The notes beneath the pieces were generated by a model. It searched no databases. It was not told the origin of the DNA and was given only the letters and a program-made list of their open reading frames with translations. 64,000 nucleotides of DNA from Laetmonice hystrix (Eukaryota): contig OZ249439.1 in NCBI GenBank assembly GCA_965235115.1, positions 18,662,001-18,726,000 of the forward strand, given 5' to 3'. Position 1 is the stretch's first letter. Every line of letters begins with the position of its first letter. A program made the position numbers and the translations under genes. This document shows, piece after piece, positions 40,901 to 52,900 of this stretch.

Positions 40901-43900
40901 CCAGATGGCACTGCGACCCTTGGGTCCACGGCTGTGGATCCCAGGGATACCTCACACACATTGCTTCCACTAACACCTACAGGGCCAGTAATACGATATA
41001 TGACAAGTTGAGCGTATCAATGGCTGATATGGGCTCATCATTCACGAAATATATATAGGAGGTAGTTAATTAAAGAAGACATACTAAAGGCAGTATGCTG
41101 TGAAAAAATATCGAGTTGAAAGTGCTCCAAGAGGTATTTGTGGGTTTATGAGTTAAATATATCGCTATGGATACATGCTTTTAGCGTCCGAGCATGCAGG
41201 TGCCCAGGTGACGGGCGTTTGGGAAGTTACCGCCTGGTCTGCCGTGTACATCATTGAAGGCCAGAGAGCGTGCCATAAAGGCCGCGTGAAACATGTTTTG
41301 TGGACTGACATTACAAGGCAATGCCAGAGGCGAGGCATTCCGTGGTCTGTGGAGAGGAGCACCTGTCTGGCTCTTGATGCCCCACCTGAGTCATAGTGTA
41401 CAGCTAACATTTGACACAGCAGGAACGACCACAAAACTCTCCCACCGAGAACAACCAAAAAACGTCAATGTTGCAAGCTACCTGCCTGCCATTTCACATA
41501 TATCCTAGTACACGTATTCCTATCTGGACAACAGCAGATGTATCCCGTATCCTCCTTTGTTATTTATAGTATAGCAAAGTGTAAAAAAATGAGATACGAA
41601 ACCATATCAAAGGAACAAAAGCCAAAGCAGGTTAGTATCAAGTCTGGCCGGCAGAACCGAGTGAGACTCGTCAGATACTCTTGTATCGTATTTCGTTCTT
41701 CCAATCGTCTTCCAAGTGCAATCCAGAGATGTAACCTTGAAGCCTCAGTGATGGAGAATCTGCAACAGCAAAGTATCGTTTTCCCTTTTTTCCCAAGCAT
41801 ACGATAGCTACGTTTCAATTGTACTCGTAAGTTTCTCAGTTGGAAGAAATTAGTTTGAACTTGATGTCTCCATAGATATCAACTGGTAGTATCAACGATT
41901 TAAGGAAATAGGATTAATCGATGTAACAAACGATGCAACAAAGGTTTCATTTGTTAGTGCAATATTGGCCTCTGCAGCCATCAATCTATGTGGGATTATA
42001 CCTGAGGTTATGTAACAACACCTCCGTCGATACCAGGCTGTGATCTGTGGCTGGCTGAGGCTCAGTACGGCAAGCCGTCTCACCTGTTGGAGAATTATCA
42101 GTGGCTCATCAGGTATAAGCAGGTCAAAAGGTGACATGGCCTCCCAGGTATTACCGTACGCCCTTTGATGTAGAACCTGCGAGCACTGGGGAAGACTCGA
42201 CCCTTGTAGATTGAGCCTGGAAGGGCCCCCCCCCCCATCTACACCCGGCCATTTACCACTGACCCCACCCTCAGCAGTCGCCCACTCGGTATAGAACTAC
42301 ATCATGGGTTCTAAGAAACGTGACGACTAAAGGATTATTACCGTCCTAGTCTCTCCCCACATGAACCTGAATACTGCTCAGGTATGAACCTCACCTGCGT
42401 CTTCCATTATACCTGGGTACGCTGAGGTGCTTCAGTAAGTAAAAACTCTAGGGCCAGAACCAAACACCTTCACAGGTCGTCGATGACTATTCAGTCAGCA
42501 GCTGAGGAGACTTCAATAAGATCAGTTATTTGTAAGATTGTCAAACAAAAATGGAATAGAGGTAGGGAAAGATCAAAGATGACATGAGTATCGTATTCCA
42601 GATATTCTTGTCAGGCCTACTTTTTCTGATCCATCAGAGCCCGGAATAACTTCAAAGATGAAGTTTTGCAGTAAAGAAACATCACAGGTATCGTCGTGAA
42701 TGTAATCTGCCTGCTCCTCTACAACAATGTGAGGTTCATTTCAGGATGTGCGTGTTTGCTGACATCAGCAGTTTATCGTTTGAGCATGCCGAGTTTGATA
42801 TATCATTCTATGGTATATGGTAAGCAGCAGTAATCTATGTCCACTACTCCACATCTTGTGGTTAATTGTCATTAGATAAAGACACTCGTATGGTTCCAGA
42901 AGTCAGGTCAGAGACTGAATTACGTAACTGGAAGGGTTCCGCCTTGATGGTCCCGAGTGAACTTGAGCATGATTGACCCCGCCTTGGCCGTGGCAGGTGG
43001 CAGAAAAATGAGCCGTTTGACCAATAAAATCACCATCATGCACCTTTTGTGTGGTAATAAATACAACATTACATGAGTGATTGCACAGCACAATGAAACG
43101 AAGACATCAATTTTTGAAGCCGCTCGTAAACTTCTACTCCCAGGGGTTTTCTATGCGCTGAGTCGGCCAAGCGTAACCTGGCCGATTGTCTGTTGCTCAT
43201 TTTTACCGTCCCAATTACAGTGTGTGCTGATGAAGACCGTGCATACAGCAGAGAAAAACGGTGCAAACATTGTCGGTTTAATAGTGTCGCCTGTACGATG
43301 ATTGACATGAGAGGCGGGGGATGGCAGTCCCTGGACGTAATGGGTGCAACCAAAGATGGCAGGCTAACGTCACAGATGAGCCCCGCCGCAGAGCAGCCAG
43401 TCACTGCACCGGACACTCCTTATCCAGTTGACATTGAGTGACCTTGTAATATTCAGCTGAATGATGCATGAAGACAGGGCTGTGGGGTTCACATCTTCAA
43501 CAGCACGGAGGTCAGCGGCGGATCATCAATCAGCACAGCCAATCAGTGACACTTTAGATGCCGATTACCGTGAATCACTTGCAGGAGCAGTCTGACAACG
43601 GAACTTCTTAAGGGCCTGTGACAGAATGGAAACATAATACCAATCTGGCGCAAGAATCTGGGACAGAATGCAATTACCAGCTTCATAATTTTTGTAGTAA
43701 TTTGCTATTTTGAATGGTTCCGGTGGGAGCATGCCAGCACATGATGGATTTACCTTGGGTCCCATGTTTGGTGTCAGGTGGGGGAGGGTAGGAGGAGGGA
43801 GGCAGGGGGAGAGCACCAGGTGCTTCTTGTACTCAGACATCGGCTCCAACCAACACTCAGTCACATCGGTCACGTCAGTCTCCTCGGTCATTGGAGGTTT

Positions 43901-46900
43901 GCTGAAATTACAGCGAACGTCGTCGCTTGTTTGAACCACTGTCCCGAGAGGGGAGGACGTCCTGGGCACGCTGCCTTTCCATAGAGTGGGGGGTGATCTA
44001 ACTATCTGTAGGAAAATGGGAAAAAAGGATTCTACGTCCGAGCTGTACATCATACCAGCTGAGTGGAATGAACCTTAGCTTCTTAGTATACACACAAGTC
44101 CTTCGATATGAAATTGGTCTAGATCTGGCAGAAAAATAGAGTCGGGCTGGGTGTAGAGGTTGGACTGCCGAGAAATTTGATGTTTCTACTGGCAACAATC
44201 ATTATGCATAGTAGGCAAGTTTGTCGTGGAAGATAGTACATCCCATAATTGACATCCATATCTATCAGGTACAGATGGCACAGACGGGAAGGAGTCAGAA
44301 AGATATAAAGAAACCGGCATATAGATCAGGCAATCAGTGCCTCACTGATGGAGCGATAGATGGCAGCATCCAGAGGCGGCGGCAGCAGATGTGCATCATT
44401 GATGAATTATTGAAATGCCATAGGAAATTATAACCTGCATGTATCATGTAACACGTGCAAAATTGATCACTTACGCCATCGCTTGGAGTGCCATAGCAGA
44501 AATTGAATTTCGTCAAGGCAACACTGGTTTAACCAGTATACAACAACAGCAGGATACTTACAGTAGCTTCATGAACGAATCAAAAGTAACAGTCCATGGT
44601 TATTCTCATCGGGTTGAAAACTGTCAGAGAATCTGTTATAATTTCTAACGATAGGTTCACCTGGGATTGGTAGCAAGTAGCTATACCAGCGACTCCGCTT
44701 TGAGAGTTAAGTCTAAGTAGCAAACGTCCCGACTGGAGCCCATATTAGGTATTCATCATAATGTGAGATACATGATGAAATTTCCGCTTCGAATTCAGTG
44801 AGTGGAATTTTGCATACCGATGACTTCATTGCCAAGCAGTATGTGAACCCGTGCTGATGTGCCAAGCCCGTTTAAGATTAATTGTTTTCCTGTTGACCCA
44901 TTAATATTGACCACAAGTGTTATCTTTTGGTGCCAGTCCTGAGAGCACAGGGAGTATCCCACAGGCCGAGCCGGGCACACTGCTGCATCCTCTTGTAGGC
45001 AAGATTCAAAGGTCTACTAGATGGAGACACAGCCAGCAGTCAGTCAAACAACAGCTATCACCGGGCCAGGCTTTGATTAAAGACCTACCAGTGACCGTCA
45101 TTGACCTTTTTTGGAGTTGGTTTTCCTAGTTTGGTCTCAACAAGAAACAAAAACCGTTGAGATCGTCGGGTCGGACTTGGCGTAAATATGGATCGTAGTT
45201 TATAAATATCGAGTGGTCAATTGCGGTCCGTAATGTAGGAATACCGTGTTTATGCCGCTACGTTTAAAATCACGTTTAAAAACTCTATCCAGGGACCTAA
45301 AGTTCAAGCTCCCGACATTGTTGTAAAACTGCACAGTCCGCCATCTCCCGATGTACTGTACGGTTTGTGAGTGAAGTGTTTGATTACCTCCAGCCACCCT
45401 ACCCCTGCCACCCATTCCACCGCCACCGATGGAGGACGTCGCCGGGCCTGCCGTACCACCACGACGTAACATCAAGCGATACGGCACGCGGCAAGCGCCT
45501 GACGGTCACCACCGCGGCACCTACACCGAGGTGGAGAGTGACTTTGAACCCCATTACCTGGTGACCACTGCCTCAGGCACCGTCTTCATACCCCCTGGCC
45601 AGGGTAAGTCACCTTCCTGCCCTTCACTTCTCCATCAAAGATAACAATTTCCCATTAAAGGAAAGCCTCACCTCGAGGTCTGTTGACTGTTGAGTGGCCC
45701 CAGACGCCATCCATGGCCTCGGCCGCTGTCTAACGTTCATGACGTACGCCTGTAAGGTTAAGGTCCGCCCCGAGTGCTGTACCAACTTCTTCAAAAGATC
45801 CTCTACCATACTCAATCTACAATGTACTCCTGTGAAGCTCACAATCAAGGCCCATTGCCTTCTGTGTTGCTCAACTTTGTCAAAGAGCCTCAAAGGGCTA
45901 GATGCTTGTTATCTGTGGTGGTGTATTAAACATGCATACCGTATAGTTTCAACAAGAACAATTTTTGCAGCGTAAAGATATGGCAAACTAAAACATGTAG
46001 AGAAAATTTACATCGTTGATTTATGTTATGGTGAAAAACAAATGATTGTGTTTGTTTAAATGTCTGAATTCCGTCATTTTTGGCCCTGTTAGGTACCGGG
46101 AACAATCATAATTCACCCCCCGCTAGTCCCCCACTTCCGTTCCCACGGACAGTGCCCCGCACCAACAGTCTTCCCCATCAACCCCAACTACCGATCCAAC
46201 CGCCACCCCCGACACAACCACCCCCACAGATACCCCACCCACACCCCAACATCAATGACATACTCAACAACGCCCAGCCGACCAGATCGACCGGAGTATA
46301 CGACCGAGCTCCCAATAATGAATACGCTCAGACCAACCTACCAGCCAGTACCAGCACTGACAGGTGAGTTCAGACCAGGTCAAGGTCAAAACCATTAAAA
46401 CATTTGACCTGAAGGATACTCAAGGTCAGCCATGCATCATAGTTTGGATGACATTGAGTTGGGACTAATTAAGCTTAGAGGTCAGAGAGACAAACAGGGT
46501 TTGTTTCAAGCTTGGCCAACTGTCAGTCTGTGGGACACAGTGTCACATCCGTGTCCTCTGAGGTTTCTGTAATGACTGTCTTTGACAACACATCACAGAC
46601 AGTGCAGTCCTGAAGAATCTAATTGAAAAGTCCGAAGGTTTTCACAGACCACAGTCTGGCATGACCCAAACCTTTGCCACAAATTTGAGGAATCTTTTAT
46701 TGCATGGTTGAGGGCGGCCGCAGTGGGCGAGGAAAATATCTGCTTCCTTTTGTCTAGGATTCTGAGGTCTGAATTTAAACGATGAGGTTTGTCCAAAACT
46801 AGCATTGGTGTTAAGAAAAAAATACATCTCTGATTCAATTTTGTTTATGAAACGGATTGGAGGAAGCATTTTCCTGGCCTTTACTTTAGAAGTTTGGTTT

Positions 46901-49900
46901 GAACCTTTCTGTCATCCTGGTGTGATGTATGGTTATCGTAACAAGCTGAGAATGTTTGCATGTAAGGGATTGCCTCTTGTTGAGTCACAGAGGATGCAGA
47001 ATAAATTATAAGCGACTCAAGTGATTTATTTGAGAAAGTTTGGAGAATGTCATTTTCTGTAACACTTACTTTGCGAAGATTGGTTGCGATACATATTGGT
47101 AAACAAACAAAACATTTTGAGAAAAGATTTACCTTGTTCTCGGCACTGCATCACTGTAGTTGTAAACGTAAACTTAGAGTACCGCTTAAATGACATTCTC
47201 ACTGTTTTGTTCCTGACACTTTGGGTATGATGTTATCGTCTGCTATACACAGTGTAGAGATTAGCCTTGCTAAGAATGTCGGAAACGCATGCAACCATTG
47301 TCTCTTTAGTAGCTAAGCTTGTGAATAATTCCATGATCTGTTAATCTGACAGTAACATTGAACAAATTTATCACATGTTTGAACAGTATTATCTATTCTG
47401 AACAGTACCGCCGGTACCTTTTTACATTGATTAGAATTCACATAACATGGACAATTGAAATTTATCATTGAAGACGGATGTTGTTTGAACACATTTTGTA
47501 AATGTCACGATCAACACTCATGGAGCGTAGTGTAGAATTTTAATCAGTTTCACATGGCGGTGGTGTGGCCTGGTAAAACACCCGGTTACACCATCAGTCA
47601 TGTTGAGGTGGGTTGATGCCCGTCTTGGTGCATGTAGACCCCTACATGCGTGGTTCGCTCATTTACATCCCTCCTTGTTTTTGTATGCTGCAAAGGATCA
47701 AGCACCAGCTGAAGGAGCTGGAGGATACTTGGGCCAGGTAAACGTACACGCTAGTCTTGACAGACACTCTGAGAACACTTTAAACATCTTACCCTCTTCA
47801 CCGACTCATCACTTGGTCAGTGTCACAGAGCTCAACGTCTTTACTCAAACAGGCAATGTTTACTGAAGCCTGTTAGGTTTTAGGGGCATTATAATTTTTA
47901 TTTATCATTTCCAGTAGAGTGGCCACCCTAAGTGACAATTTGATGTATCAATTGATTTGTCACAGTCAGCGTTTGCGACAGAAACAGTTCACAGCTGACT
48001 GTTCGTTCGCGTTCCTGTGAACGTCAAGTACCTAGATAAGTATCTTCCGAGACAGACACACTGAAAACGGCACTAAAGACTTGACAGTCATTCTCATTGA
48101 ATCCTTCTGTATCTACAAGAGTTGGTGTTTGTCTGCCAGTAAATATTGAATATACCGGGATGTTGGCCGATAGTAATGGCAGGTTAGAAACACGTGAATG
48201 TGGGCAGTGTTGATAAAATAGTTGCCGCGTGATGCCACGGATAGAACTCTCTGAACTCAGAACTTAGCGACATGACAATTAAAGTAGTAACGCACTTTGT
48301 AGACGTTTAAATTGTTAGTTATGACATAATTGATGCATAATATAAAATTATGAGAAAAGTTTGATGACAGTTTGACAGCATGCCAAGGTTTATGAAGGTA
48401 GTGGGTCTGGTACAATACCATTTACATGAAAGACCTCGTCACATAAACCAACAAACCAATTGAAAATCATTCTACTTTCTGAGTATTGTTTACATTATTC
48501 TCTCATACACAGTAGTAGGTCATTAGAGTTTAATGTGACATGTTGGCTCGTAGTGCTATACATTGGGAGTGATATGGGTGGGAATTAAATACGTTATAAC
48601 CCAAGTCTGAAATGTGGCCGGGTGTCTCCGTCAAACAGAGAACATCCATCATAAATAGATAGAGGCAAGGAAGGACCTAGCGTGCATTTCTTAACGAATC
48701 CCTCTGAGACTTAATTAAAACAGCCCAGAAGTAGCTTTATAAGTGAGGGCTTGAGAAACGGGGCCTTAAACCTTAGGGATTTTAATGATGTATTGAAACA
48801 ATTAATCCGCAGGATTATCTTATGAGCCTTTTAAGGCCTAGGGCATGAAGCCTTCAAACTGAATCATGGCAACCATCAATTCCTAATCTGGCAGGAATGC
48901 AGAAGAACCTTAATTTGATGGGGTTCCTGGACTCCTCCACATGGTATGGATACGGGGTATGTGTTTGCAAGGCCAACGGGCTACAATGAATGATATTTCA
49001 ATTTTGTTATATTAGAAATTTGTATCGGGTGGAATATAGATAGGTTATCAGAATACATATATTAAAAGATGATATTCCTGGTAAATGAGCTCCTATTATT
49101 TAGTCCTGGGCTTTATAGTTGTTAATTATGTAAATGCAGTTTGAAATGACAAATTATTACCTCATTTAGAACATCCTCTCTGACAATGAAATCCACACCT
49201 TGGGAAGTGAAGTAGAGCCAGTGAGGAGGTGCCAATTATAGTAGGTACCCATTATAGGGTGCCAGTACTGGGGACAAATGAAAGGAAAGGGCTATGGTAT
49301 AGCCACCATTGTCCCTTGGTCCTGGAGTTAACCAAGAGCGATGACCTCTGTGTTAACACTGCGAGGTTTAGGGTCACTGCAGGGGTCACCCGCTGATCAG
49401 TCTCCAACTGTAGGATCGTCCACCTTGAAGAGGGTTGTGCCAAACCTAGCGGCAGACTGACACAATCCCGGCCTGTCTACTGACCCCTAATCTGGCTCTC
49501 CCACCAGGGGGCACTGAGGGATGTCTACGATGAGAGTAGGTGACCGCTAATATTACGACTGAGGTCGTTCACCTGGGGCTAGTTAGGGGCAGGGGTGTGT
49601 GTGCTACTTGAGGAGGTCGAGTCTCAGGGAGGGGAAGGCGTTAGGTCAGAGTGTGTGTGCCAATGTGTGAGAAATAGGACATAACACGGCAACACGAGTC
49701 GTGACCTGGGCACGTTCGGATGGAGGTAAATGATCTAAACGACTGATCCTGGCCACGGCTCACGATACGACCATACATCCCTTACATCTGACGTCTCGAC
49801 CATCAGTGCTGGCTGGAAGATTGATTTGCCCACCCAATTTAGTGTGCAACTTACTTTAATGCTTTGATATAGTTCGCTGTTGGCTGAGGGGCTGTAGACT

Positions 49901-52900
49901 AATCAAAAACTTCGGTTGAAAGTGGGCTTTTCATTTTGTTTGATTTTTGATATCTTACTAATGCATGTCTCTACAGCACAGGATACTAGTGCAAAACCAC
50001 TAAAAACTGTGCAGTTGTCGATTATAGCTTAGGCCAGATATGGAAAAAGTAGTTGGAAATTTAATGGACCGTCATTCATAGAAAACTGTATCTTTGGGAA
50101 AGAAAATACAAGTCGGACTTAATAAAGATAAGAGACATTATTAAAAAGATCTTTTAATATTTCAGGACAAAGACATTGTTTGTAACCCTTTGTTTAAATG
50201 TTAAGATTAGATTTTAAAGATGAGATCCATGTTAAGATAAATTGTTCATTTTGCATCCTATTTTTATTCTGATTTTCTAGGTCCAATGTTCAGTTTACAC
50301 CTGCCAACAATTTAAACATCCCACCACTGCCAACCTACCCGTCAATTCAGAACGACTTTCGGGACTACAACTCAAGGTTTGGCACGGCCAGTTACCGCGT
50401 AAAGAAACATTTCAAAGGGCGGTGTAGTTGGAGATGTGTGGCCCTCGTCTGTCTGCTTCTTACAGTAATACTTACCGTCTGTGTTGGATACCTGGTCGGT
50501 AAGTTACGGACTTTCTACTCACACAATCTCATTAGATTGGCCCATTTCTGTTTGCTACCACTAGACTAAACCACTGATGGTGAAAGTAATGGGGAGGGAA
50601 CTTGTTTTGTGTTACTTCATCGACCGCAAGTTAAACCTTCCACTGGAGAGGATTGTAAGGGTATGCAAGGTGTTGTGTATTGGAAAGGATTGTAAGGGTA
50701 TGCATGGTGTTGTGTATTGGAGAGGATTGTAAGGGTATGCCTGGTGTTGTGTATTGGAGAGGATTGTAAGGGTATGCATGGTGTTGTGTATTGGAGAGGA
50801 TTGTAAAGGTATGCCTGGTGTTGTGTATTGGAGAGGATTGTAAGGGTATGCAAGGTGTTGTGTATTGGAGAGGATTGTAAGGGTATGCAAGGTGTTGTGT
50901 ATTGGAGAGGATTGTAAAGGTATGCCTGGTGTTGTGTATTGGAGAGGATTGTAAGGGTATGCATGGTGTTGTGTATTGGAGAGGATTGTAAGGGTATGCA
51001 TGGTGTTGTGTATTGGAAAGGATTGTAAGGGTATGCCTGGTGTTGTGTATTGGAGAGGATTGTAAGGGTATGCATGGTGTTGTGTATTAGAGAGGATTGT
51101 AAGGGTATGCAAGGTGTTGTGTATTGGAGAGGATTGTAATGGTATGGTGTTGTGTATTTCAGTCATAAAGTTGAATAACCTCAACTGGTCTCTGGAGAAA
51201 CATCCCCTAGGTACTGATCTCAATTCAACCGATGGTGGCTCCCCCACACGACACCCCGGACACAAGGGTAAGTTCTCAACATTTTAAGTTTGGTTAATAT
51301 GTGTTCCATCATCTAAGGTATGGTTAGGTGGAAGCAGGTCTTTACGTACGTCTAGAACCAAAGAATTGATACCCTAGATCTTTTTCGTGTGCAGTTGTAG
51401 TTGTAGTCTTCCGATTACATATTAGTTCAACTAATCCAAAGCAGGTGTTGGCCACGGGGGAAGGCTGTTGCTACATGAGGTTGGGGCAGATGTAAACGCC
51501 CCTGGGTTTGACCTCATGACCCCCGGAGTGTATGAAGGAAGGCTTTGGTCAGCCAAGTGCAGCCACATGTACGTGACTCAGCAATCGAGGCCCCACCAGG
51601 TGGCCGGGTCATAGGTGAAAGGTGTTCAATCAGGGCCTCAGGTGTTGAGAGACAACAACCATTAACAGTGATCTGTGGCTCCGGTGGTCAAACTCGAGCC
51701 AACCTTCCGAGCCCACTCACCCCACAACCTTTAATACCGACCGGAGACGCATTCCGGATAGAATTTCAGCTGCACATTACTTCCAATACTACAGGCTTGT
51801 AATTGTATTAATTTGAGCTAAGCAGGTGATTGTGAGCGATGGTAGAGATCGTAAACCCAGTTAAAGTCAGCCATGGCCGGCAGGTCGGATTTAGGTAGAG
51901 GGGAAAAGTAATCAATTGCAGTATCCTCCTGACTGACGTTGACTGGCTGCTACATGTTTCTATCAACATGTTTCCGAATCCCTTCTACATACACCTAAGT
52001 CACAGAATGCATGGAATGAAGAGTTGAGAGGTCTAAATACCTAATTTAATGAAATGTGGCAATAACTAAAATAGATTAGACTTAATTCTCACGTGCTGTT
52101 TGGTAGCAGAATCTGGACAATGCCATTGAGACCAAAGGTGCAAGGCCATTTCATGGAGTATGTGATCTGGCATTCAGTTTGCTCCACAAATCTACGTATC
52201 GAAAACATTACTGCCACAAATAGTTACCCTACCCATGACCCCCGCCTGACCTTGACCTGTATGGTCAACCCGAGCGGTAGCGTCCTGGAGTGCAGTGACT
52301 GGTCCCTCCACCAGTATGGAACAGTAATGGGAACGTTGGATGGACCAGGGCGTTCTGTTTACAGTGCTGGTCCTGCCAGAGACTCCATTGTTTGGTTCCC
52401 GAGTTGTGGGAACTTCAGCCGTCTAACCATGGGTGGTCGAAAGGCATCATCCCGGCCACAAAGTCAGAGAAAAACGGACAACTTCACGGTCTGATCTTAA
52501 TGGTCGGTGAATTTACTCATAAGACATGACATCCCGCTTAAAGACTGTCTAAATGATGTCTACTGTATCAATCGGTCGCTGGTGATTGGTAATTTTCAGA
52601 TCAGCAAGTAGGATCAGGAATTGCCTGTCATCTTACTGAAATGATGAGAATCTGTATCTGGTGGCGATAAATCTCCGTTATCTAAGTGTGTGTGCCTGCT
52701 GTCGGCCGATGGCTTCCTGCTCGCTAAGTCCGGATAACGTTACAAGGCCGAGTTGAGGGAGTCACCGCCATGGCTCACCACATATCTAGGGGTCAGTAGT
52801 TTTTCCCGGCCACCGATATGACGGCGAGGTACCGGCATCCCGTGCCATCTGAGGCGGGGAGAGTGGAGCAGGGCGGCCTGACGTTGAAAGCCGGCCAGAT

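Noticed and set aside
43256-43279. KRCKHCRF resembling a nuclear-receptor zinc finger
   Set aside because: The remaining Cys pattern is absent; a short chance match.
43565-44053. 162-aa minus-strand ORF as a nested gene
   Set aside because: No recognisable family; it overlaps the antisense of the candidate 60-nt exon and G-rich low-complexity sequence.
50612-51265. Minus-strand 217-aa and 152-aa ORFs with 37-aa repeats
   Set aside because: These are translation artefacts of the 37-bp minisatellite (three units give 37 codons), antisense to a real intron and exon.
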